Shown here piece by piece: positions 37,473 through 45,792 of a DNA stretch of 49,061 bases. Within the stretch, counting starts at the first letter, position 1, and each line of letters opens with the position of its first letter. The DNA comes from an uncultured Thermotogae bacterium (GTDB lineage Bacteria > Bipolaricaulota > Bipolaricaulia > M55B111). Below the pieces are notes generated by a model. The model was not told the origin of the DNA, searched no databases, and worked only from the letters and a program-made list of their open reading frames with translations. The position numbers and the translations under genes are program-made. The DNA lies in the NCBI GenBank assembly GCA_964645955.1, contig CAZYCI010000001.1, forward strand, positions 6,688-55,748, in the 5' to 3' direction.

Positions 37473-37985
37473 ATGGCAAGGAATAATAGACGGGAAGACG
37501 AGTTTGACGACAACGTCATTGATATAAGTCGCGTTAGCAAGGTGACGAAGGGTGGAAGGAACCTGAGGTTCCGGGTTCTGGTTGCAGCAGGGAACTACGA
37601 GGGTAAAATAGGTGTCGGGTCGGGCAATACTGGCGAGATACCGCAAGCAATAGGACAGGCGGTTAGGGATGCAAAAAAGAACCTGCTCGAGGTCCCAATA
37701 GTTGACGGGACAATACCTCATGAAGTTACGGGCAAATTCAAGGCGGGAAAAGTAGTCCTTAAGCCGGCTCACAGGGGTACGGGAATCATCGCCGGCGACG
37801 TGGTTGGTACCATAGCTAGATTGTCTGGACTTGATAACCTGTTGACAAAATCTATCGGAACAAATAACCCGATAACCCTTGCTAAAGCAGTAATTGAGGG
37901 TTTCAGCAGGTTGAAGACGCCGGAGGAAGCTGCCGAGCTCCGAGGGAAGGACGTCGAGGAGCTAGAGGAGGCGTTCCAGAGATGA
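37473..37985 (+). CDS. rpsE: 30S ribosomal protein S5
   Basis: The sequence contains ISRVSKVTKGGRNLRFRVLVAAGN..G.IGVG.G...EIPQAI..A..DAKKN and GTGIIAG. It has an acidic C-terminal extension and a 4-nt ATGA overlap with rplO. Confidence 0.95.
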   Translation: MARNNRREDEFDDNVIDISRVSKVTKGGRNLRFRVLVAAGNYEGKIGVGSGNTGEIPQAIGQAVRDAKKNLLEVPIVDGTIPHEVTGKFKAGKVVLKPAHRGTGIIAGDVVGTIARLSGLDNLLTKSIGTNNPITLAKAVIEGFSRLKTPEEAAELRGKDVEELEEAFQR

Positions 37986-38440
37986 AAAAGCTCGAGGATT
38001 TAACAGCTCCCGAAGGGAGTAATAAAAAAGCAACCAGACGGGGAAGAGGTTACGGCTCCGGCAAGGGTGGCCACGAAGTCGGCAGGGGAACTAAAGGTCA
38101 GAACGCCCGAAGCGGCGGGAAGACAAAAGTCGGGTTTGAAGGTGGCCAAACACCAATCTGGCGCCGGTTCCCGAAAGTTGGTTTCTCCAACCCGAACAAG
38201 CGTCATCCGGAATGGGTCAACGTCCACGAACTTAACAGGTACGAAGACGGGGAAGTCGTGGATTATCAGCGTTTAAAGGACGATGGCCTGCTGGCAGATT
38301 CCGATGACGGTTACAAAGTTCTGGGAGATGGTGAGCTGACCCGGGAGCTGACGATAAAGGCCCACGCCTTTAGTTCCGGGGCAAAGGAAAAAATCGAGGA
38401 AGCTGGCGGGGAATGGGAAGTAGTTGGTGAGGAAGAGTGA
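37982..38440 (+). CDS. rplO: 50S ribosomal protein L15
   Basis: The sequence contains RRGRGYGSGKGGH..GRGTKGQNARSGG....GFEGGQTPI.RR.PK.GF. Confidence 0.95.
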   Translation: MKKLEDLTAPEGSNKKATRRGRGYGSGKGGHEVGRGTKGQNARSGGKTKVGFEGGQTPIWRRFPKVGFSNPNKRHPEWVNVHELNRYEDGEVVDYQRLKDDGLLADSDDGYKVLGDGELTRELTIKAHAFSSGAKEKIEEAGGEWEVVGEEE

Positions 38441-38446
38441 TTTACC

Positions 38447-39742
38447 GTGTTTGACCAGCTGACCAGTATAGTAAAGATACCGGAGCTCAGAAAGCGTATC
38501 CTGTTTACCCTGGGAGCAATACTGATATTCCGAGCCGGGACGCACATACCCATCCCGGGGATTTCGACTCAGGCTTTACAGAACCTGTTTGAACAGGGAG
38601 GAGGGAACATACTCCAGTACCTGAACATGTTTACGGGAGGGGCGCTGGGTAGAGGAACCCTGTTCGGTCTGGGAATAACACCATACATTAACGCTTCAAT
38701 TATAATGAGTCTGTTGACCGCAGTGGTCCCTAAACTGAAGGAACTTCAACAACAGGGGCGTGAAGGTAAAAAGGTCATAACGAAGTACACCAGGTACGGT
38801 ACTCTGGCAATTGCCTTTATTCAGTCCTACGGCTGGAGTTTCTTTCTCGTCAGACAGGGCATGGTAGAAGGATCGGTAGTACTTTTCTTCATAACTTCCG
38901 TACTTTCCATGACGACGGGAACGGTTTTTCTGATGTGGCTTGGAGAAAGGATAACCGAGAACGGTATCGGTAACGGTATATCGGTTTTGATAATGGTTGG
39001 AATCATGGCGCGCTTTCCCAGCCAGCTCTACAGCACGTGGGTAGAAGTGAATTACGGGAACGTCAGCCCGCTTTGGGGCCTTATTTTAATTGCGGTATTT
39101 ATCGTGGTTATTGCCGGGGTTGTAATCGTCCAGCAGGGACGCCGAAAGATTCGTATCCAGTATGCAAAAAGAACCGCGGGGAGAAAGGTATACGGAGGTC
39201 ATACGAGTCACCTGCCCATCAAGGTTAACCAGGGTGGAGTTATTCCGATAATATTTGCATCGGTACTGCTGTCCCTACCAATGACTGTTGCGCAGTGGGC
39301 GCCCGGCCTCTCATGGCTGACACAGTGGGTTCAGAGAGGAAGTATCCCTTACCTGTTGGCTTACGTTTTATTGATTGTATTCTTTACTTATTTCTACAGT
39401 TCAATAATTTTTGACCCAAACGACGTGGCGAAAAACCTGAAGGAATCCGGTGGCTTCATACCGGGTGTCAGACCGGGGCAGTCAACCGTGGACTATATAA
39501 GCTCCATTCTAAACAGACTGCTGCTGGTTGGTGCCTTGTTCCTGGGAGCAATAGCTGTTTTGCCTTACGTATTTACGGCGATCAGTGGGCTAAGTTCGTT
39601 CTGGCTCGGAGGTACTTCCGTCCTGATTGTTGTCGGTGTCGGGCTTGATGTCGTGCAACAGATCGAGTCCCATATGGTAATGCGGCACTACGATAGCCTT
39701 ACGGAAGCCGGTGGCTCGGCGATCCTGGGGAGGAGAAGCTAG
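38447..39742 (+). CDS. secY: Preprotein translocase subunit SecY
   Basis: 431 aa with 10 TM segments and a GTG start. Motifs are ELRKRILFTLGAILIFRAGTHIPIPG, the plug region and WLGERITE.GIGNGIS. Confidence 0.96.
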   Translation: MFDQLTSIVKIPELRKRILFTLGAILIFRAGTHIPIPGISTQALQNLFEQGGGNILQYLNMFTGGALGRGTLFGLGITPYINASIIMSLLTAVVPKLKELQQQGREGKKVITKYTRYGTLAIAFIQSYGWSFFLVRQGMVEGSVVLFFITSVLSMTTGTVFLMWLGERITENGIGNGISVLIMVGIMARFPSQLYSTWVEVNYGNVSPLWGLILIAVFIVVIAGVVIVQQGRRKIRIQYAKRTAGRKVYGGHTSHLPIKVNQGGVIPIIFASVLLSLPMTVAQWAPGLSWLTQWVQRGSIPYLLAYVLLIVFFTYFYSSIIFDPNDVAKNLKESGGFIPGVRPGQSTVDYISSILNRLLLVGALFLGAIAVLPYVFTAISGLSSFWLGGTSVLIVVGVGLDVVQQIESHMVMRHYDSLTEAGGSAILGRRS

Positions 39743-39743
39743 A

Positions 39744-40391
39744 ATGGGTGAAAAAGGAAAAGTTAATCTAGTTCTACTCGGAGGTCCGGGTGCCGGTAAA
39801 GGAACTCAAGCCGAGAAGTTAGTCAAGGACAGAGGTCTGGAACACCTGGCCACTGGAGATATACTCAGGGAAGAAGTTGAGAAGGAAACTGAGCTGGGGC
39901 TCGAGGCAAAGAAGTACATGGATAGAGGGGATCTGGTTCCGGATGAGCTGGTAGTGGATATGGTACAAAAAAGGATACACAGAGATAAAGGTTACCTCTT
40001 TGACGGGTTCCCCAGAACTATCGACCAGGCAGACGCTCTGAAGGAAGTTGTTGACCTGGATCTCGTTTTGTATATCAAGATAGATAGTGAGGAGGCCGTT
40101 AGAAGGCTTTCGGCCAGACGGGTTTGCTCCGATTGCGGCAGGATTTACAACAAGAACTTCAAGAAACCCGAGCAGGAAGGGGTCTGTGACGAGTGCGGCG
40201 GTGAGCTTTACCGGAGAGACGATGACAAGCCCCAGGTAATTCGCGATAGGTTTGAGACTTTTCTCGACGAAACCGCCCCCTTAATAGATTACTATTCGGA
40301 TAAAGGATTGTTGGCGGAAATAAACGGTGAACAGGGGCCGGACGAAGTTTACGAGGAAGTAAAGAGTTCACTGGCAGTTTTAAGCAATTAA
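39744..40391 (+). CDS. adk: Adenylate kinase (zinc-lid form)
   Basis: MGEKGKVNLVLLGGPGAGKGTQA is the normal N-terminus, and ATG 39744 follows GGAGGAG. The track's 39711 start lies inside secY. The lid is CSDCGRIYN...CDECGGELYRRDDD. Confidence 0.95.
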   Translation: MGEKGKVNLVLLGGPGAGKGTQAEKLVKDRGLEHLATGDILREEVEKETELGLEAKKYMDRGDLVPDELVVDMVQKRIHRDKGYLFDGFPRTIDQADALKEVVDLDLVLYIKIDSEEAVRRLSARRVCSDCGRIYNKNFKKPEQEGVCDECGGELYRRDDDKPQVIRDRFETFLDETAPLIDYYSDKGLLAEINGEQGPDEVYEEVKSSLAVLSN

Positions 40392-41143
40392 TGATTAAAA
40401 TTAAGTCGGGTTCGGAGCTTGAAATAATGAAAGAAAACGCTAGTATATTACGGGAAGTAATGGATAAGGTAGTCTCCAAAGTGCAACCCGGAGTAACTAC
40501 TCAGACTCTGGACGATTACGCCGAAGAATTGATCCTGGCGGCCGATGGCAGTCCCGCATTCAAAAACTATCGTGGTTTTCCCAGTTCACTCTGTACCTCT
40601 TTGAACGAGGAAGTCGTTCACGGTATTCCCGGCGAAAGGGAAGTAGAATCTGGGGATATTCTATCAATAGATGTTGGGATAGAGAGAAAAGGATTATACG
40701 CTGATTTTGCCACCACAGTTCCGGTTGGCGAAGTTGACCAAGAGACGATGGACATGGTTGCAACCACGGACGAAGCACTTACGAAGGGATTGAATCAGGT
40801 TGCTCCCGGGAAAAGAGTTGGGGACGTATCCAGTTCTATTGAAGATTACGTGACTTCCCGAGGTTACTCCGTGGTCAAAGAGTTCGTTGGTCACGGTATT
40901 GGAAGGGATATGCACGAGGATCCTCAGATACCAAACTACGGAGAGCCGGATACGGGTAAGAGAATAGAGGAAGGGATGGTCTTCTGTATAGAGCCGATGG
41001 TCAAGTTAGATGATGATGAAGTTGAGGTTCTCGACGACGGCTGGACTACGGTTACGGCGGGCCGTGGCGTATCCGCTCACTTCGAAGGAATGGTCGCCGC
41101 CACCAAGGATGGACCGGAAGTTTACGTGAGAGGTGGTTTATAA
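40391..41143 (+). CDS. map: Methionine aminopeptidase, type I
   Basis: 250 aa. Metal-ligand blocks are EEVVHGIP, DILSIDVG, GHGIGRDMHE and FCIEPM. It has a TAATG overlap with adk. Confidence 0.95.
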   Translation: MIKIKSGSELEIMKENASILREVMDKVVSKVQPGVTTQTLDDYAEELILAADGSPAFKNYRGFPSSLCTSLNEEVVHGIPGEREVESGDILSIDVGIERKGLYADFATTVPVGEVDQETMDMVATTDEALTKGLNQVAPGKRVGDVSSSIEDYVTSRGYSVVKEFVGHGIGRDMHEDPQIPNYGEPDTGKRIEEGMVFCIEPMVKLDDDEVEVLDDGWTTVTAGRGVSAHFEGMVAATKDGPEVYVRGGL

Positions 41144-41149
41144 ATAGCC

Positions 41150-41377
41150 ATGGCTGAAGAAGAAGATGACGACATCATTAGGAAAAGAGGCGAAATAATA
41201 GAAGCACTCCCGGATTCCATGTTCAAGGTTGAACTGGATAACGGGCACGAGGCAATATGTCATATATCGGGTAAAATTCGCAAACATTTTATCAGGATCG
41301 TTCCTGGAGACAGGGTTCTGGTAGAGTTCTCACCGCATGATCTCAGCAAAGGAAGGATTGTCTATCGCGAATCCTGA
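41150..41377 (+). CDS. infA: Translation initiation factor IF-1
   Basis: The S1-like core is [59 protein letters not shown]. An acidic N-terminal MAEEEDDD is present. Confidence 0.96.
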   Translation: MAEEEDDDIIRKRGEIIEALPDSMFKVELDNGHEAICHISGKIRKHFIRIVPGDRVLVEFSPHDLSKGRIVYRES

Positions 41378-41394
41378 CATAGGAGGGGATGCCA

Positions 41395-41508
41395 ATGAAA
41401 GTGAGAAGTTCCGTAAAAAAGATCTGTGACGACTGCAAAATAATCAGGCGCAATGGCCGAGTGGAAGTAGACTGCAAGAACCCGAAACATAGGCAGCGCC
41501 AGGGTTAA
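41395..41508 (+). CDS. rpmJ: 50S ribosomal protein L36 (zinc form, 37 aa; not in the ORF track)
   Basis: Hand translation gives [37 protein letters not shown]. This is the canonical L36 with a C-x2-C-x12-C-x4-H pattern. SD AGGAGGGG lies 7 nt upstream. Confidence 0.93.
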   Translation: MKVRSSVKKICDDCKIIRRNGRVEVDCKNPKHRQRQG

Positions 41509-41531
41509 CTTATACAAATAGGTGATTGAGG

Positions 41532-41891
41532 ATGCCAAGGTTAGCAGGTGTAGATATACCGGAGGACAAGAAGGTAAAGATATCATTAACTTACATAAAA
41601 GGAATAGGGGATAACAGGGCGAGAAAAATAGCTGAGTCGTCGGGAGTCGACCCGGAAGATTACGTTTACGACCTGACCGAAGCCGACGTAGCTAAACTGC
41701 GTAACGCGATCGACGAATACCGCGTTGAGGGAGACCTGGAAAGAAAAGTAGAAGCTGATATCCAGCGTCTGAAGGATATAGGTTGCTATCGCGGAGAAAG
41801 GCACGAGGTAGGCTTGCCGGTTCGTGGACAGAAGACCCAGTCCAATGCGAGAACTTGGAAAGGTCCAAGGGAAGCGAAGGCAGGCAAGTAA
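41532..41891 (+). CDS. rpsM: 30S ribosomal protein S13
   Basis: S13 proteins begin MARIAGVDIP, and ATG 41532 gives MPRLAGVDIPEDKKV. AGGTGA lies 6 nt upstream. The C-terminal block is GLPVRGQKTQSNARTWKG. Confidence 0.95.
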   Translation: MPRLAGVDIPEDKKVKISLTYIKGIGDNRARKIAESSGVDPEDYVYDLTEADVAKLRNAIDEYRVEGDLERKVEADIQRLKDIGCYRGERHEVGLPVRGQKTQSNARTWKGPREAKAGK

Positions 41892-41921
41892 CGTTTACTT
41901 ATGAAACAGGGAGAGATTTAA

Positions 41922-42257
41922 TTGGCACGAAAACAAGTTAAGTTAAACAAAGCGAGAGTCCACGTAAATGCTTCTTTCAATAATACCATCCTTACCCTTA
42001 CTGATACCGATGGGGACGTAATATCCTGGGTAACACCCGGCGCAGTAGGGTTCAAAGGATCCAGAAAGGGCACCCCGTACGCTGCTCAGGTTGCGGCCGA
42101 GAACCTGGTAGAAGAGCTCAGGGAGTACGGAGTTAACTCGGTTATAGTAACTGTCAAGGGAACGGGGTCCGGGCGAAATTCCGTGATTCAAACCATAGAA
42201 GGGGCCGGGATCGAGGTAACGAAGGTAGCTAACATTACCCCCCGGGCACATAGTTAA
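41922..42257 (+). CDS. rpsK: 30S ribosomal protein S11, lacking the conserved basic C-terminal tail
   Basis: The sequence contains VHVNASFNNTILTLTD..G.VISW...G..GFKGSRKGTPYAAQVAAE...........G...V.V.VKG.G.GR.S.I. It has a TTG start and ends ...NITPRAHS*, where the family continues ...TPIPHNGCRPPKRRRV. Confidence 0.9.
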   Translation: MARKQVKLNKARVHVNASFNNTILTLTDTDGDVISWVTPGAVGFKGSRKGTPYAAQVAAENLVEELREYGVNSVIVTVKGTGSGRNSVIQTIEGAGIEVTKVANITPRAHS

Positions 42258-42275
42258 GAGGAGGATATTGATAAA

Positions 42276-42899
42276 ATGGGACGAGATACCGAAGCGAAAT
42301 GTAAAAAATGCAGGCGCGAAGGGACGAAGTTATTTCTGAAGGGGGAAAAGTGCTATTCGGACAAGTGTCCGTTAACCAGAAAGTCTTATCCCCCTGGTGA
42401 GGCCGGAGAAAGCAGGTCGCGCTGGTCTCAGTACAGGATCAGGCTACGGGAGAAGCAAAAGGCTCGACGGATCTATGGGCTGAGGGAAGAGCAGTTCCGG
42501 AAGTATTTCGAAGAGGCTCAGTCGAGCAAGGAAGTTACGGGTGAAGCCCTGCTCAGCAAACTGGAAAAGCGTTTGGATAACGTTCTGTACAGAAGTGGGC
42601 TGGCTCAATCCCGTGACCAGGCCCGTCAGCTTATCAACCACGGCCATATTGAAGTGAACGGTAGAGCCATAGACGTGCCCTCTTACATGACCGAAGAGGG
42701 GGACGTGGTTTCCTTTAAGAAGAATTCGAGAGATAAAGAGGGGTTGAGGAGTTTAGTAAAGGAAGATAGCCCCCGTATACCCGCCTGGGTGGACGTAGAG
42801 CCCGATAACATGAGAGCTTCTGTTTTATCCGAGCCCGCTATTGAAGACGTCGAAGAGACGCTTCAGGTTAACCGGATTGTGGAGTTCTACTCAAGATAG
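42276..42899 (+). CDS. rpsD: 30S ribosomal protein S4 (Cys4 zinc form)
   Basis: The N-terminus is MGRDTEAKCKKCRREGTKLFLKGEKCYSDKC. The YGLREEQFRKYF block and an S4 RNA-binding domain (RLDNVLYRSGLAQSRDQARQLINHGHIEVNG) are present. Confidence 0.96.
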   Translation: MGRDTEAKCKKCRREGTKLFLKGEKCYSDKCPLTRKSYPPGEAGESRSRWSQYRIRLREKQKARRIYGLREEQFRKYFEEAQSSKEVTGEALLSKLEKRLDNVLYRSGLAQSRDQARQLINHGHIEVNGRAIDVPSYMTEEGDVVSFKKNSRDKEGLRSLVKEDSPRIPAWVDVEPDNMRASVLSEPAIEDVEETLQVNRIVEFYSR

Positions 42900-42922
42900 A
42901 ATTTAAGAATAGCGGAGGGCTA

Positions 42923-43882
42923 ATGTTAGAATATATAGAGCCGGAAGATGTTCATTTCGAGGAGTTGGAAAGTGATCGCGGCCATCTAGTAGTTGGGCCG
43001 CTGGAAAGAGGGATGGGAACTACGCTCGGGAATTCGTTGAGGCGAGTGTTGATGTCAATGGTACCAGGGGCCGCCGTTACTCGTGTTAGATTCGATGGTA
43101 AGTACCACGAATACGACACGATAGAAGGCGTGAGAGAGGACATAATAGAAATCCTCATGAACGTCAAGGAGTTGTCTCTCCGGTTGGATGGCGCGGAAGA
43201 GCGAAAGGCGTACCTGGAAGCGAGTGAAGCAGGTGAAGTGACTGGAGCCGATCTCCAGCTGGAATCCGGAGTAGAGGTAATCAACCCGGAACAAACGCTT
43301 GCCCATCTGTCCGAGGGGGCCGAACTGAACATGGAGATGGACGTAGAGGCAGGAATGGGTTACCGCTCGGCCGACGAAAACAAGATCGATGATTCCCCCC
43401 TGTCGGTTATACCGATAGATTCGGACTTCTCTCCTGTGAAAAAGGTGGACTTTGAAGTGGATAACGTCAGGGCTGGTGGAAAGGAGGATTGCGACCGTCT
43501 TGAACTCGATCTGGAGACCGATGGAGGAATAAGGCCCGAAGAAGCCGTGGGTCGAGCCTCAAGAGTACTCGCAAGAAGGTTTGAATTGTTCTCCAACCTG
43601 CCGGATCATCCGTTTGGCGAGCTGGGAACTCTGCAGGAAGTCGAAGAAGAGGTACCGGAAGAATACGAGGAGAGACTGGAAGATCTCGGCTTTAACCAGC
43701 GTGCTTGTAACCTGCTTCAGGAAAAAGGTGTAGAAACGCTGGAGGACCTGTTAGAACAGACTTCCGATAAGTTGCTTGATATACATGGCTTTGGAAGTAA
43801 AACACTTCAGAAAGTAGAGGAGAAGTTAGAAGAGCTGGGATACTCCCTGGCAGATAAGGAGGAAAGTAACAATGGATCATAA
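42923..43882 (+). CDS. rpoA: DNA-directed RNA polymerase subunit alpha
   Basis: 319 aa. The NTD contains GPLERGMGTTLGNSLRRVLMS..PGAAVT. The CTD helix-hairpin-helix is LGFNQRACNLLQEKGVETLEDLL. Confidence 0.96.
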   Translation: MLEYIEPEDVHFEELESDRGHLVVGPLERGMGTTLGNSLRRVLMSMVPGAAVTRVRFDGKYHEYDTIEGVREDIIEILMNVKELSLRLDGAEERKAYLEASEAGEVTGADLQLESGVEVINPEQTLAHLSEGAELNMEMDVEAGMGYRSADENKIDDSPLSVIPIDSDFSPVKKVDFEVDNVRAGGKEDCDRLELDLETDGGIRPEEAVGRASRVLARRFELFSNLPDHPFGELGTLQEVEEEVPEEYEERLEDLGFNQRACNLLQEKGVETLEDLLEQTSDKLLDIHGFGSKTLQKVEEKLEELGYSLADKEESNNGS

Positions 43883-44222
43883 GACAAAAGGCTGGAATCT
43901 TGCGGAATCAAGCCATCAAAAAAGCATACTGGCTAATTTAGTAAGAGATCTTATTCTCCATGGAAAGGTCGATACAACTGTTACAAAGGCAAAAGAAGCC
44001 AGCCGTTACGCAGATAAGATGGTTACTCTGGCAAAGAAAGGAAACGACCACGCGAGAAAGCAGGCATTTAGTTTTATAGAGGACAAGGAAGCTGTCTCTA
44101 GTCTTTTTGACGAAATTGCCGATGATTATGAGGATAGGAATGGAGGATATACTCGTGTCCTAAGGCTGCCGCCGCGCCGTGGCGACGGAGCGGAAATGGC
44201 CAGGTTAACTTTTGTGGAGTAA
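43872..44222 (+). CDS. rplQ: 50S ribosomal protein L17
   Basis: 116 aa. The sequence contains SSHQKSILANLVRDLILHGKVDTTVTKAKE.SRYADKMVTLAKKG and GGYTRVLRL.PRRGDGAEMA. It overlaps the rpoA end by 11 nt. Confidence 0.93.
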   Translation: MDHKTKGWNLAESSHQKSILANLVRDLILHGKVDTTVTKAKEASRYADKMVTLAKKGNDHARKQAFSFIEDKEAVSSLFDEIADDYEDRNGGYTRVLRLPPRRGDGAEMARLTFVE

Positions 44223-44264
44223 GAAAAGGCCAAGTTAATTCTTATAATTCTTAAATTATCAATA

Positions 44265-44294
44265 GGAAAACCCCGCCTTCAGGCGGGGTTTTCT
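44265..44294. terminator. Bidirectional Rho-independent terminator between convergent rplQ and the HD-hydrolase gene
   Basis: GGAAAA-CCCCGCC-ttca-GGCGGGG-TTTTCT is a perfect 7-bp GC stem with a 4-nt loop. It is flanked by an A-tract and a T-tract, so it can terminate both strands. Confidence 0.85.
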
Positions 44295-44313
44295 GGTGGA
44301 TAATATTTGTTAT

Positions 44314-44865
44314 TTACAGACCAAGTTCGTTCTGAATCCTCTGCATCCCGCTGAGGACTATTCCGAAGAATTCCTCAAGCTCGAAGCCCAGATCCTCGCA
44401 GCTTGCAATTGCTTCTCTGTCAACCGATTTGGCAAAGCTGCTCTCGTCGTACCTGTTTCTGATAAATTCCGGATCCATTTCCGCAAGACCATCGGGGTGA
44501 ACCAGTGCCCCAGCAACGATCAGTCCGGTCAGGGGGTCGGTAGCATAAATTGCCTTTTCCATCTTCGTCTCCGGGGTTTTCTGTCCCGCGTGAGCTTTAA
44601 TGGCATCTAGCTGATCCTCTTCTAAGTCCCTTTCCTCGAGCATCTCTACAGTTAATAAACCGTGTTTATCAGGATCATCTTCCGTTTCCTCGTAGTCCAG
44701 ATCGTGAAGCAGCCCGGCAATCCCCCATTTTTCTTCGTCCGCTTCGAAATACCTGGCAAGTTCTCTCATGCCGGCCTCTACTGCCTTCATGTGCTTGATA
44801 AGGTTGTCCTGAGATATATTTTCTTCCACCAGATCTAACGCAGTACCTCTATCCAATTTTATCAC
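44314..44865 (-). CDS. HD-domain metal-dependent phosphohydrolase (small HD superfamily hydrolase)
   Basis: 183 aa. It has H..V (KHMKAVE), the HD dyad in AGLLHDLDYE, and downstream His residues (KHGLL, IKAHAG). Confidence 0.75.
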   Translation of the reverse strand: MIKLDRGTALDLVEENISQDNLIKHMKAVEAGMRELARYFEADEEKWGIAGLLHDLDYEETEDDPDKHGLLTVEMLEERDLEEDQLDAIKAHAGQKTPETKMEKAIYATDPLTGLIVAGALVHPDGLAEMDPEFIRNRYDESSFAKSVDREAIASCEDLGFELEEFFGIVLSGMQRIQNELGL

Positions 44866-44871
44866 CTATAT

Positions 44872-45792
44872 TTAATTGAAATCGGGAGACCAGGTCCACT
44901 TTTCATCGACTCCCCTCGTACTGGATAAAGAAGCCAGGAAGCCGATTACGATGCCGAGAAGCAAGGACCAGCCCGCAATTATAAGCAGTGGCGTGTTTTC
45001 CAGGGAGCCCGGGAGGTATCGACTCAGCCATATTCCGCTGCTGGACCACAGTGAGATTAGAAAAAGTATTACCACACTCATAAGCCCACCCAGGAATCCG
45101 GTTAAAGTGCCAATTAATACCAGTGGAGCTTTTACGGAAAACCTGGAGATTCCCGAGTACTTGATTATTTCAAGCTCTCCTTCCCAGCTTTCCAGAAGCT
45201 CTTTTGTAAACGACCGGATGAAGTAGAAGGACGTTACCGCCATAATGAACCCGGCGACCAGAATTATAATTTTCAACCAGAGGCTCAATGACCCGGAAGA
45301 GGTTCGACTTGTCTGGCTGGATAGTACAGTTACGACCGGTATGCGGGGCTGCGACTTCAGCTCGTTCATTAGTTGATTTCGATCGGAGGTCTCGATTAAA
45401 AAGTAGTTGGCGTCCCCCGGAAGTTCTGGCGGGACGTTGAGCACGCCGCTTTGAATTTCTTCCGAAAGTACGTAAATGATGTTTTCAACCGAGTCTAGAC
45501 GTCTTAATGAGAGGTAGAGGTCGTTTATGGCACTGGAGGACAGTCCCTTTTCTACCTGAGCCAGAGTTCTGTGCCCTTCCGGAAAGTTTTCCAGTTTTGA
45601 AGAGACCTGTAATGGCCTCTCCTTTGGTAACAACAGGACGTAGAGTAAAACTAAAAAAACTACGACGGATAATATTGCACCCGCGACCCTGCCAAGCTTA
45701 CCCCCGTCTATATTGCCCCCGAGATCCCTGAGGAAGAAAAAAATATTTCTCATTTTTTTAACCGATAACCCTGCTATCCAGTTCGTGCTCAA
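44872..45792 (-). CDS. ftsX: FtsX-like permease (cell-division ABC transporter membrane component)
   Basis: Its topology is TM1, a roughly 110-aa extracytoplasmic loop and three C-terminal TM helices. The block ELEIIKYSGISRFSVKAPLVLIGTLTGFLGG matches the FtsX E.EI.KLVGAT..FI..PF..EG motif. The start is uncertain: TTG 45792 overlaps the upstream gene, and ATG 45753 is the alternative. Confidence 0.75.
   Translation of the reverse strand: MSTNWIAGLSVKKMRNIFFFLRDLGGNIDGGKLGRVAGAILSVVVFLVLLYVLLLPKERPLQVSSKLENFPEGHRTLAQVEKGLSSSAINDLYLSLRRLDSVENIIYVLSEEIQSGVLNVPPELPGDANYFLIETSDRNQLMNELKSQPRIPVVTVLSSQTSRTSSGSLSLWLKIIILVAGFIMAVTSFYFIRSFTKELLESWEGELEIIKYSGISRFSVKAPLVLIGTLTGFLGGLMSVVILFLISLWSSSGIWLSRYLPGSLENTPLLIIAGWSLLLGIVIGFLASLSSTRGVDEKWTWSPDFN

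Noticed and set aside
42255-42278. Possible stop-codon read-through fusing S11 to S4, since they share a frame with only TAA plus 6 codons between them.
   Set aside because: The interval is a strong SD (GAGGAGG) followed by a canonical S4 N-terminus. TAA is the most efficient stop. No recoding signal is visible, so the shared frame is most likely coincidental.
44296-44610. The 104-aa (+) ORF starting just after the rplQ terminator.
   Set aside because: It starts immediately downstream of the terminator hairpin and has no SD. It is antisense to the HD-domain gene, which has clear HD motifs.
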